In this document: positions 6,710-15,236 of the stretch, piece by piece
How positions within the stretch are numbered: the stretch's first letter is position 1
Layout of the letters: every line of letters starts with the position of its first letter
From: Candidatus Gastranaerophilales bacterium
GTDB lineage: Bacteria > Cyanobacteriota > Vampirovibrionia > Gastranaerophilales > Gastranaerophilaceae
Length of the DNA: 64,000 bases
Direction: 5' to 3'
Assembly (NCBI GenBank): GCA_944325945.1
Contig: CALVBW010000023.1
Coordinates: 21,825 to 85,824 of the forward strand
Program-made: the position numbers and the translations under genes
Notes under the pieces: generated by a model
The model's input: only the letters and a program-made list of their open reading frames with translations
Database searches by the model: none
Told to the model about the DNA's origin: nothing

Positions 6710-8854
6710 TTAGCCTAACTGAGCTTTTTCTTCGTCGGTTACACCTTTAATAGTTAAGTTGACGCGTCCTTTGTCATCAATTTTAATGATTTTGACAATT
6801 ACTTCGTCACCGATATTGAGATGCGGTTCAATAGTTTCAATACGTTCGTTACATACTTGAGAAATATGTACCATACCGTCTTTACCGCCGCAAAGCTCTA
6901 CAAAAGCCCCTATAGGAATGATTCTTACGACTTTTCCTTTCATAACCATACCGACTTCAGGTTTGAAAGTTAGGTCTTTAATCATTCTTTTGGCAATTTC
7001 AGCGCCTTCTTGATCGTTGGATGTAATAGTTACAACGCCGTTGTCCTGAATATCAATTTCAGCGCCTGAAGCGTCAATAATTTGTCTGATTTGTTTGCCG
7101 CCTGGTCCGATTACTGTTCCGATATCTTCAGTCGGAATTGTCATTGTTGTAATACTGGGCGCAAACGGTGACAGGTGTTCAGCCGGAGCTGTAATTACTT
7201 TTCTCATTTCGCCTAAAATATGAAGTCTGCCTTCTTTAGCCTGCTGAAGTGCGCGGCGTAAAGTGTCATTTGCAATACCTTTTGCCTTCATATCCATTTG
7301 AAGTGCGGTAATACCTGTGTCGTTACCCGTAACTTTAAAGTCCATATCGCCAAGAAAGTCTTCAATGCCTTGAATATCGGTTAATACAACCGGCTCTTTG
7401 CCTTCTTCGGTAATCATACCCATAGCAACGCCGCCAATCATACATTTAACCGGAACACCTGCATTCATCAATGCCATAGAAGATCCGCAGGTTGAAGCCA
7501 TTGAAGTTGAACCGTTTGATTCAAGAACATCTGATGTTACGCGGATTGTATAGCCAAATTCTTCCTGAGACGGAAGTGCCGGAACATTTGCACGTTCTGC
7601 GAGGTTTCCGTGACCGACTTCGCGGCGTCCGGGACCTCTTAGAGGTTTAACTTCACCGACTGAAAATCCGGGGAAGATGTATTTATGCATATAAGTTTTT
7701 TCTGTTTCAGGATCAACACCGTCAAGCTCCTGTTTCATTCCGGGGCCTGCAAGTGTTGCAACTGATAAAACTTGTGTTTGACCTCTTGTAAATACTGCAG
7801 AACCGTGAGCACGCGGAATTACTCCGACTTCGCACCAGATAGGACGAACTTCGGTCGGTTTTCTGCCGTCAGCTCTTACGCCTTCATCCAAAATCATTGC
7901 ACGCATAATTTTCTTTTCTGCATTTTTGAATTCTTCTGCAACAAAATCAATGCCGGTTTCTTCAATGATTTTTTTGATGTAATGATCTTCGGGCAATGCA
8001 TCTACTTTTTCTTTGACAAGGTTTTTAGCTTCTTCAAGTTTATTTTGTCTGTATTCTCTGTCAAAGTTGTGATATGCATCAAAAATCATATCGTGAGCTG
8101 TTTCGTCAATGATTTTCTTTAATTCGGTTGTATCGTAAGGATTTACGAATTCTTCTTTAACAACGCCGCATTCTTTTGCAAAAGCTTCTTGTGCTTCGCA
8201 TTGTTTTTTAATTTCTACTTGAGCGAATTCAACAGCGTTCATAATATCGTCTTCGGTTACGAATTTGCAGCCGGCTTCAACCATGATTACGGAATCATGT
8301 GTTCCTGCTACAACGATGTCAAGATCGGATTTATCAGCCTGCTGGTGAGTCGGGTTAGCAATCATGTTTCCGTTTTCGTCTTTTGAAACTCTGACTGCGC
8401 CGATAGGACCTTCAAACGGTGCTCCGGAAAGCATTAAAGCAAATGATGCACCGAGCATTGCAAGTGTGTCAGGCTGGTTTTGCTGGTCATAGCTGAATAA
8501 TTGCGCTACGATTTGTATATCATTTCTATATCCTTTCGGGAAAAGCGGTCTGATTGGTCTGTCGATTAAGCGTGAAACCAGAATGGCTTTGTCGCTTGCT
8601 TTTCCTTCAGTACGGTTGTAACCGCCCGGGATACGTCCGATTGCGGACATTCTTTCTTCATAATCAATTAATAACGGGAAAAAATCTATTCCGACACGGG
8701 GTTCTTTTGATACAACGCAGTGTACAAATAACATTGTATCGCCGCATCTTACGGTAACAGAACCGTTTGTGGATTGTGCATACTTCCCTGTTTCAATTGT
8801 AACGGTTTTTCCGCCGATTTCCAATTGAGTTTTGTGAGTTTGAGGAATTGTCAT
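6710..8854 (-). CDS. pnp: Polyribonucleotide nucleotidyltransferase (PNPase)
   Basis: ORF 6710..8905 trimmed to MTIPQTHKTQLEIGGKTVTIETGKYAQ, which follows AGGAAAGGAAAAG. Two RNase PH-like regions plus KH and S1 regions at the C-terminus (GKVVRIIPIGAFVEL). Confidence 0.95.
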   Translation of the reverse strand: MTIPQTHKTQLEIGGKTVTIETGKYAQSTNGSVTVRCGDTMLFVHCVVSKEPRVGIDFFPLLIDYEERMSAIGRIPGGYNRTEGKASDKAILVSRLIDRPIRPLFPKGYRNDIQIVAQLFSYDQQNQPDTLAMLGASFALMLSGAPFEGPIGAVRVSKDENGNMIANPTHQQADKSDLDIVVAGTHDSVIMVEAGCKFVTEDDIMNAVEFAQVEIKKQCEAQEAFAKECGVVKEEFVNPYDTTELKKIIDETAHDMIFDAYHNFDREYRQNKLEEAKNLVKEKVDALPEDHYIKKIIEETGIDFVAEEFKNAEKKIMRAMILDEGVRADGRKPTEVRPIWCEVGVIPRAHGSAVFTRGQTQVLSVATLAGPGMKQELDGVDPETEKTYMHKYIFPGFSVGEVKPLRGPGRREVGHGNLAERANVPALPSQEEFGYTIRVTSDVLESNGSTSMASTCGSSMALMNAGVPVKCMIGGVAMGMITEEGKEPVVLTDIQGIEDFLGDMDFKVTGNDTGITALQMDMKAKGIANDTLRRALQQAKEGRLHILGEMRKVITAPAEHLSPFAPSITTMTIPTEDIGTVIGPGGKQIRQIIDASGAEIDIQDNGVVTITSNDQEGAEIAKRMIKDLTFKPEVGMVMKGKVVRIIPIGAFVELCGGKDGMVHISQVCNERIETIEPHLNIGDEVIVKIIKIDDKGRVNLTIKGVTDEEKAQLG

Positions 8855-8936
8855 AATTCTTTTCCTTTCCTGCGTTCTTCCTAAACGCTTTTTATTGTGA
8901 TACATTTCTTTTGTTCGTTTTTATTATAACTTAAAC

Positions 8937-8967
8937 AAAAAAAAAGACCAACAAATGGTCTTTTTTG
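8937..8967 (-). terminator. Rho-independent terminator downstream of pilin-like gene B
   Basis: AGACCA-acaaa-TGGTCT flanked by an A-run and a T-run. Confidence 0.6.
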
Positions 8968-8983
8968 TAATTATAAAATTTTT

Positions 8984-9007
8984 GTCGGGCTGAAAGCCCA
9001 ACCTGCA
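8984..9007. repeat. GTCGGGCTGAAAGCCCAAC-type short palindromic repeat
   Basis: Related copy AGTCGGGCTAAAAGTCCAACC at 21107-21130. Both lie 3' of pilin-like genes. Confidence 0.6.
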
Positions 9008-9024
9008 AACTTCAAACCGTCAAA

Positions 9025-9825
9025 TTATAGCCACGGATAGTCATCCGGTATTTTCCAGCCGCTTTTTTTGATAACACTGCCGCAACCTCTGTATAAAGTA
9101 GTATTTGAATTATTTTCATTATAGCAGTCAGATTTATTGTTGTTTAATGTGGCGGACTCATTATAGAATAAAAATTTTCCGTCTTTCGCGCTTAAAATCA
9201 TCCAAAAAATATCTTTACCGAAACAATTAGGGGACGAAAAACCATTTAAATCAACATCAAAAGATATATTAGTATAATCAAAATACTTACATGACCCATC
9301 ATCATTATATTCCTTACAAGAGGAATTATCTAACAACATACGGATTATTACATTATTAGAAAGCAAAAAAATTCTGCCTTCAAGATTTCGAGATTCAACC
9401 GCGCCATTTGGGTAGGAAGTAGTAATTCCCACCTCCCTGTAAGAAGTATACCCGAAATCTTTTTGGATTTTTAAATTTGGAGCAAGGTAATTATCAAAAA
9501 CATTATTAACGAAATCCTCTTTGTTAAAACTTGTATCATCAGTGTGAATTCCGCTTGCGGCTTTAGACATCCAGGTAGAAGGGTCGCCATGTTCAACCTG
9601 AGCCATTTGTAACGCCTGCGATAAAATTGAATATGTTTGTTTTAGTTTAACTTCAAACTGCTTTTTCTGATAATTGCTAACCAACGTCGGGATCGTCATA
9701 GCAGCCACAACTCCGATTATGCCGAGGGTTATCAAGACTTCAGCGAGGGTGAAGGCGGGTTTTTTAGAAGATACTAAGTTACTAAGGCAGTAAGGCACTA
9801 AGAATTTACTGTGAACTTCGCTCAC
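9025..9825 (-). CDS. Prepilin-type protein, paralog B
   Basis: Conserved (GTG)SEVHSKFLVPYCLSNLVSSKKPA-FTLAEVLITLGIIGVVAAMTIPTL; pilin-like DVDLNGFSSPNCFGKDIFWM; C-terminal GWKIPDDYPWL. The ORF track extends to TTG 9870. AGGA lies 7 nt before GTG 9823-9825. With a C10 tract, the ATG at 9923 would be in frame. Confidence 0.8.
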   Translation of the reverse strand: MSEVHSKFLVPYCLSNLVSSKKPAFTLAEVLITLGIIGVVAAMTIPTLVSNYQKKQFEVKLKQTYSILSQALQMAQVEHGDPSTWMSKAASGIHTDDTSFNKEDFVNNVFDNYLAPNLKIQKDFGYTSYREVGITTSYPNGAVESRNLEGRIFLLSNNVIIRMLLDNSSCKEYNDDGSCKYFDYTNISFDVDLNGFSSPNCFGKDIFWMILSAKDGKFLFYNESATLNNNKSDCYNENNSNTTLYRGCGSVIKKSGWKIPDDYPWL

Positions 9826-9874
9826 TAATTTTCCTATACCTGAGACGCTAAAACAGTTACCCCAAGCCAATTTC

Positions 9875-9883
9875 GGGGGGGGG
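9875..9883 (-). repeat. Homopolymer tract: G9 on plus, C9 on the coding strand of gene B
   Basis: Counted from the sequence (tttcGGGGGGGGGcgact). It lies 13 codons after the SD-ATG at 9921-9923. Confidence 0.9.
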
Positions 9884-9945
9884 CGACTATCTGAACCGCT
9901 TTTTGCACAACCTTTTTCAACATATCAACTCTCCTTTTTTCTTTT

Positions 9946-9974
9946 ATTAAATATTATTTTGCATATTTTGTCAA
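9946..9974 (-). promoter_or_regulatory. Putative sigma70-type promoter of pilin locus B (TTGACA-17 nt-TTTAAT)
   Basis: Minus strand has TTGACA (9969-9974), a 17-nt spacer and TTTAAT (9946-9951), then AAGGAGAG and ATG. Confidence 0.5.
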
Positions 9975-9980
9975 GGCATT

Positions 9981-10014
9981 TTAAAATAGAAAGGCCCTCG
10001 TCGGGCCTTTCTAT
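9981..10014 (-). terminator. Rho-independent terminator after the 95-aa ORF
   Basis: AGAAAGGCCC-tcgtc-GGGCCTTTCT, with a T-rich run on the minus strand. Confidence 0.6.
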
Positions 10015-10048
10015 CATTTATAGACAATATAAAAAAGTTTTTGCAATA

Positions 10049-10336
10049 TTAAAAATGCATATCAAAGCTTGGCGGCATACCGTTCATTTTTTCGTCTTCC
10101 ATACGCATTGCAGAGCCAATTGTAAAGCTTTGTGCGCTTATTCTGTTTATCTGATAATTCAAATCTCCGTTAAATACCTGTTCGTTTTCTTCTAAAAATT
10201 TGAAAAGCGGATCAGCAGGACCTTTTGCAAGGTTGCCTAAAGTTTCGCCTGCCTGCTTCAGTGTCCTTTCCGGTACTTTTACGTTCAGTCCGAAAGGTTT
10301 ATATGGTCTGTTAAATGAAAATCCTGCTTCTGCCAT
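10049..10336 (-). CDS. Hypothetical protein (95 aa)
   Basis: ORF track, with its own terminator. No family recognised. Confidence 0.45.
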   Translation of the reverse strand: MAEAGFSFNRPYKPFGLNVKVPERTLKQAGETLGNLAKGPADPLFKFLEENEQVFNGDLNYQINRISAQSFTIGSAMRMEDEKMNGMPPSFDMHF

Positions 10337-10439
10337 GAGACTATTCCCTATTTTGTGTACACATAAATATTCGGAAACCTTCTTTGAAATATTTAATGTT
10401 TTTCAGCAAAAAGCAAGAAAAATTTACATTTGTTAATGT

Positions 10440-11879
10440 TTATGATATTACGGTGAATTTTTCTTTAAGCTTTTCAACAAGCGGATTTTCTATTTTTTTT
10501 ATTTTTGATTTGTCAAGAATAATATGACCTTCGCGTTCAATTGTTTGAACCTGAGAGAGCGCATCTTCGTAACGCATTTTGCCTCTGGCGACCAGTTTTG
10601 CAAGATTATTAACATATTTTTGTTGATTTTTCAGCGGATAATTTTCTAATACCTGCCACAGAGGTTTGCTTTGTCTGTCGGAATTTATTTGTTTTTTCGC
10701 TAAAGCTACATTTGAAAGTGTATTTGGTCCGCCTTCGGATTTAGCTTTTAAATGTTCAACCGAGACCATTCCGGGGTTAAATAATCTGTCACCTATTATA
10801 TCAGGGTCTGCATCACGGAATTTCAAAATTAAAGCGTCTGCACTTCTCGATGATGTCGGCAAATTCATTGCTATATCAAGCATTTTTTGCTTTAATGCTT
10901 TGTCCGGCATATTTTCCAGCAGTTTGTCCAGATCATATACAAATGCTTTGTTACTGAATGCCACGTGTACCGGTATGCCTTCAATCATACCGATATTTTC
11001 GGCGCAAAGTTTTTCAAGTTTTTTGTAACCTTTCATCTCTGCTGTTTTTCTCATTTTTTCGATAATTGCAATACGCACGGCATCTTTATCTGTTTCGTAT
11101 TTCTGGTAATTTTTTTCGTAAAATACGGATTTTCTGCCCGGAGCTTTAACATTTTTAAAATCAAACACCTGTTTCACAAATGTTGATGATAAGGGTCTGT
11201 TGCCGTGGTTTAAGTTTTCATTTTGCAGTAGATCAAGAAGTTTTTGCATACGGTTTTTGAGGTTGCCGTCGGACATTTTTTCCGTAATTTTTGTTATTTT
11301 ATATGAGAATTCTTTTAAACTGAATTCTTGTTTGATAGGCTGGTCATACAATTTTTTATCAATAGTTTCCATAAATTTAAAGAACGGCTGTATATATTCT
11401 TGAGGAAGTTCAGCGCCGAGAGTTTTTATGGCGTCAAATTTAGGTTTTTGGATTCGTCTGAAATTGGAGCGTGTTGTTTTGTACCAGTTTTTAAAAAGCT
11501 GCGGAAGATCAATATCAGGAGTTTCTTTTGCCGCCTCTTCTATCCTTTCAAAAACTTCTTTTTCAATAGGTTCAAGATATTTGTCTTTGTACGGCTTGAG
11601 TTTCATTACAACGTCGCTTATCGGTCCTTTGAAAAATCCGCGTTTTTTCATTTTTGTTAATTGGTCGCTGGATATCATTTTGTCTCCGGAATACAGGCAT
11701 GTCATATATTTGCCCAGTTTTTTAAATTCTTTTATTGACATTGGAGAACTGCCGGTGAAATTTACTGTGTCATATAATGGTTGTGTTTTGACAGATAAAT
11801 TGTTACGGGAATAATTATACTGATTATTCTCTGTTTTTCTTGCGTGTATGTTAAATAAATTTACCGGTAAAATTTTCAT
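10440..11879 (-). CDS. Hypothetical protein with an N/Q-rich N-terminus (VNFTG motif) and a C-terminal HNH nuclease motif
   Basis: 479 aa. Residues 371-403, MVSVEHLKAKSEGGPNTLSNVALAKKQINSDRQ, fit the H-N-N(H) beta-beta-alpha-Me pattern. Confidence 0.7.
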   Translation of the reverse strand: MKILPVNLFNIHARKTENNQYNYSRNNLSVKTQPLYDTVNFTGSSPMSIKEFKKLGKYMTCLYSGDKMISSDQLTKMKKRGFFKGPISDVVMKLKPYKDKYLEPIEKEVFERIEEAAKETPDIDLPQLFKNWYKTTRSNFRRIQKPKFDAIKTLGAELPQEYIQPFFKFMETIDKKLYDQPIKQEFSLKEFSYKITKITEKMSDGNLKNRMQKLLDLLQNENLNHGNRPLSSTFVKQVFDFKNVKAPGRKSVFYEKNYQKYETDKDAVRIAIIEKMRKTAEMKGYKKLEKLCAENIGMIEGIPVHVAFSNKAFVYDLDKLLENMPDKALKQKMLDIAMNLPTSSRSADALILKFRDADPDIIGDRLFNPGMVSVEHLKAKSEGGPNTLSNVALAKKQINSDRQSKPLWQVLENYPLKNQQKYVNNLAKLVARGKMRYEDALSQVQTIEREGHIILDKSKIKKIENPLVEKLKEKFTVIS

Positions 11880-11940
11880 ATTGTTTTAAAACTCCTGATT
11901 AAAAAAAATTGCCAGTCCGTATTTTACGTAACTGACAGTA

Positions 11941-12558
11941 TTATTTTTGACTAATTGGCGGAGGCTGGATATACAACGGCAGTAATTCCGCCCAATTACC
12001 GCTTTGTGTCTTTAATTTATCAAGCACCAGGTCTGATAAAATTTCTCCGAGCGGATAATTACCTTGCTGGTAGGATGTTCCGCCCAATATTTTTTGCAGT
12101 CTGTCATCCGTTATGACGTTGTAGCTGCCGTTTTTTATTATTTGCTGAACTTGTTCAAGTTCAACCGCGCCTTTTATTTCGTTGTCACACCAAAGATAAG
12201 CTTTGTTTTTTCTTGCATCCATTGCTACAAGAGGGTTCTCTCCGCCGAGTTTTGAAAGAATTTCCAGAGAAGAAACGCCTATTGCTTTTATATTGAGCTG
12301 TTGTGCAATTACTCTTGCGACAGTTGTACATGCTCTTATCCCTGTAAAACTTCCGGGGCCGATATTTATTCCTATTGCATCTAAGTCTGCGGGTTTTAGA
12401 TTGTTTTCTTTTAATATGCTTTTTATAGTAGATATTAAAAATGCAGAGTGATACTTGCTTTCGGTATTTTCAACAACTTTTGATGTCAGAATCTCCTTCT
12501 CCGTCCTCAAGACCACATACATTTTGTCCAAGCATGTATCAAATGCTAATATTTTCAC
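11941..12558 (-). CDS. tsaB: tRNA threonylcarbamoyladenosine (t6A) biosynthesis protein TsaB
   Basis: MKILAFDTC...GINIGPGSFTGIRACTTVARVIAQ, YeaZ/TsaB signature. Confidence 0.85.
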   Translation of the reverse strand: MKILAFDTCLDKMYVVLRTEKEILTSKVVENTESKYHSAFLISTIKSILKENNLKPADLDAIGINIGPGSFTGIRACTTVARVIAQQLNIKAIGVSSLEILSKLGGENPLVAMDARKNKAYLWCDNEIKGAVELEQVQQIIKNGSYNVITDDRLQKILGGTSYQQGNYPLGEILSDLVLDKLKTQSGNWAELLPLYIQPPPISQK

Positions 12559-13028
12559 TTATTTAATTCCCCTACTATAGATATATTATCATGACCCGTG
12601 GCTTCAAAGGAATATTTTCTCGATTCATCTTCATCATATGTAACATTTATTTTTATATGATCAAACGGAATTTCATCCTGTGAAAATTCCGCCCATTCCA
12701 CAAATGTTGCCTGATGCCCTTCCGAGTACTCTCTTAGTTCATCAAGAATTGTTTTGACTCCTTCGTTTTCAAGTCTGTACAAATCAAAATGATATATCGG
12801 AAGTTTTGCCGTATGGTATTCATTCAGGATAACAAAACTCGGGCTTGTTACCTTTTCTTTGACGCCGAGAGCTTCCGCAACAAGTTTTACGAATGCTGTT
12901 TTTCCTGCTCCGATTTCGCCGTAGAGGCTTACAAAGCAGCCTTTAGGTTCAATCAGTTTTGCAAATTTTTGTGCCAGTTCCTTTGTTTCTTCTAAATTAT
13001 GACAAATTTTTTCATATTTATTATTCAT
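12555..13028 (-). CDS. tsaE: t6A biosynthesis ATPase TsaE
   Basis: LYGEIGAGKTAFVK P-loop, SPSFVILNEY and HFDLYRL motifs. Overlaps tsaB by 4 nt. Confidence 0.85.
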   Translation of the reverse strand: MNNKYEKICHNLEETKELAQKFAKLIEPKGCFVSLYGEIGAGKTAFVKLVAEALGVKEKVTSPSFVILNEYHTAKLPIYHFDLYRLENEGVKTILDELREYSEGHQATFVEWAEFSQDEIPFDHIKINVTYDEDESRKYSFEATGHDNISIVGELNK

Positions 13029-14175
13029 TTATTACAACCTTATTTCGTCCTGTTTCTTTTGCTTTATATAATGCTTTATCGGCATTACTTATTAAATCTT
13101 GTTCCTTGTCACCATCTTTAAGCTGGTATACTCCCAAGCTTATGGTAACATGAATTTCTTTTTCCTGCGCATCAGGGTTTATTTTGGATATATCTATAAA
13201 TTTGTTCTCGATTGATTTTCTAAGACGTTCCGCAACCATTTTTGCTTCTTCAATTTTTGTAAACGGCAAAAGAATTACAAATTCTTCGCCTCCGTAGCGT
13301 CCCGCAATATCATATTCTCGAAGCTGTGAACGCATTATTTTTGAAACTGTTTTTAAAACCAGATCTCCGACAGTATGTCCGTATGTATCGTTTACTTTTT
13401 TGAAATAATCAACATCCGTCATTATCGCGCATAGAGGTGTTTTTTGACGGCGGGAACTTGCAATTTCTTGTTTTGTACGTTCTTCAAGCTGGCGTCTGTT
13501 ATAAAATCCTGTCAGAGCATCAAGTGTGGCGTGCTTTAAAATTTCCGCATAAGCATTTGCCCTGTTGATTGTTGTTGCTGCCTGTTTTGATAAATCTTCC
13601 AGATATTCGATTTCTCTCAACGTAAGTTTATTGTCGATTTTTTTGGTAATTACATAGCCTAATATTTGGTTTTCATTTATCAAAGGAAATACGCCGAGTT
13701 CATCTGTTGTTACGCGTTTTCTGGGTTCCGCGTTAATTATGTCCATAATTTTTGTGTCATTGCAGGCGCCCGGCCACATTAATTTATATTCGTGTTTGTC
13801 TTTAATAAATATATAAATAAGGTGATTTTGGATGAATTTATCTATCATTTCACCTAAAAGCGGAATTATATAGTGCAATTCGTATTGAGTTTCAATAATT
13901 TTGGCAATATTTTTCATTGCATTTTGAAAATCAATGCTCTTTTGCATTCTATCAGAAAGCACTATATTTTGTACTTTTAAGGAAATAAGATAAAGTGCTG
14001 TATCCAGAAAATTTTCAAGTTTTTTATTTGTTTTATCAAATTCAATGTATCCGATTATTTTGTTATATTTGTAAAGCGGGAAATAAGGTTTGTCAGAAGT
14101 AAAGTCATCTTTTAAAATTATGCTGCATTTTCCGCTTTTGAAATTTTCGTCAAAAAACTTCTCAAGAGAGGTCAC
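13021..14175 (-). CDS. Diguanylate cyclase (GGDEF domain) with an N-terminal GAF-like sensor region
   Basis: DALTGFYNRRQL...DVDYFKKVNDTYGHTVGD...GRYGGEEFVILLP. GTG start taken from the ORF track. Confidence 0.85.
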   Translation of the reverse strand: MTSLEKFFDENFKSGKCSIILKDDFTSDKPYFPLYKYNKIIGYIEFDKTNKKLENFLDTALYLISLKVQNIVLSDRMQKSIDFQNAMKNIAKIIETQYELHYIIPLLGEMIDKFIQNHLIYIFIKDKHEYKLMWPGACNDTKIMDIINAEPRKRVTTDELGVFPLINENQILGYVITKKIDNKLTLREIEYLEDLSKQAATTINRANAYAEILKHATLDALTGFYNRRQLEERTKQEIASSRRQKTPLCAIMTDVDYFKKVNDTYGHTVGDLVLKTVSKIMRSQLREYDIAGRYGGEEFVILLPFTKIEEAKMVAERLRKSIENKFIDISKINPDAQEKEIHVTISLGVYQLKDGDKEQDLISNADKALYKAKETGRNKVVINE

Positions 14176-14241
14176 AACGGATTTTTCGCTGTAACTTTCA
14201 TTGAGCAGTTGAGAAAGTTTTTTTATAAGTTCTAAAATGGT

Positions 14242-14991
14242 TTACCCCTCTAATTTTTGTAAAACTTCATCCGGAATATCAAAATTAGCATAGACATTTT
14301 GAACATCGTCATGTTCTTCAATTCTTTCCAAAAGTTTCATAATCTGAGAGGCTGTTGCCTCATCTGTTACCTCAACGGTATTTTGCGGAATTCTTGTGAG
14401 TTCTGCGGTTTTACTTTTAAAGCCTTCCGCCTCAAGTCCTTCAACTACTTTTTGGAAGTTTTCAACAGATGTGATAACTTTGTATTCGTCATCTTCTTCA
14501 AGAATATCTTCCGCATCAAGTGCTATTGCCGCTTCAAAAAGTTTTTCATAATCAATTGATTTGTCAAAAGATATAGAACCTTTCTGGTCGAACATCCAGC
14601 CCACACAGCCTGTTGCACCTAAGCTGCCGCCGAATTTTGTGAAATAACTTCTGATATCGCCTGCGGTTCTGTTTCTGTTATCCGTCATAGCCTCAATTAC
14701 AACGGCAACGCCGCCCGGGGCATAGCCTTCATAGATTAATTCTTCGTAATTTTCGGCGCCTGACGTTCCTGCACCTTTTTCAATGGCACGTTTGATGTTG
14801 TCGTTCGGAAGCCCTGCAGCTTTTGCTTTTTCAATTGCTGTTCTCAAGCGGAAATTCCCCGCCGGATCCGGTCCGCCGAGCCTTGCTGATACGATTAATT
14901 CCCTTGAATATTTTTGAAAAACTACGGCTCTTTGTGAGTCTACTTTTGCTTTTTTATGTTTAATGGTTGACCATTTTGAGTGTCCTGACAT
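14242..14991 (-). CDS. yebC: YebC/PmpR-family DNA-binding transcriptional regulator
   Basis: MSGHSKWSTIKHKKAKVDSQRAVVFQK..., a canonical YebC N-terminus. Confidence 0.9.
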   Translation of the reverse strand: MSGHSKWSTIKHKKAKVDSQRAVVFQKYSRELIVSARLGGPDPAGNFRLRTAIEKAKAAGLPNDNIKRAIEKGAGTSGAENYEELIYEGYAPGGVAVVIEAMTDNRNRTAGDIRSYFTKFGGSLGATGCVGWMFDQKGSISFDKSIDYEKLFEAAIALDAEDILEEDDEYKVITSVENFQKVVEGLEAEGFKSKTAELTRIPQNTVEVTDEATASQIMKLLERIEEHDDVQNVYANFDIPDEVLQKLEG

Positions 14992-15056
14992 GTATTTCTC
15001 CCGTTTGTTTGTTTCTTATTAAAGCGTAGCAGAAAAATAGTTATTAAGCAATTTTA

Positions 15057-15085
15057 TTGCAAATATATTTAAAATATGGTATGAT
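15057..15085 (+). promoter_or_regulatory. Putative sigma70-type promoter of pilin locus C (TTGCAA-17 nt-TGgTATGAT)
   Basis: TTGCAA 15057-15062, 17-nt spacer, TATGAT 15080-15085 with an upstream TG. AGGAGA and ATG 15109 follow. Confidence 0.5.
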
Positions 15086-15135
15086 AAGTTCATTACAGGA
15101 GAAAAAATATGGGAAATAAAGAGTTTAAAAATCTC

Positions 15136-15144
15136 GGGGGGGGG
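15136..15144 (+). repeat. Homopolymer tract G9 on the coding strand of gene C
   Basis: Counted from the sequence (atctcGGGGGGGGGcgact). It lies 9 codons after ATG 15109-15111. Confidence 0.9.
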
Positions 15145-15196
15145 CGACTCCTCTAAGTAGGCAGGGCAAGGGTTCTGGCGATATACGTTGGAAAAA

Positions 15197-15236
15197 GATA
15201 CTAAGATACTATGGCACTAAGATAGTAAGAGGTAAC
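15197..15236. repeat. Tandem 8-bp array GATACTAA GATACTAT GGCACTAA GATAGTAA GAGGTAAC, an inverted counterpart of the pilin-leader array at 15566-15600
   Basis: Read directly. The reverse complement contains TCTTAGTGCC and CTTAGTATCTT, matching the conserved leader. Confidence 0.7.
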
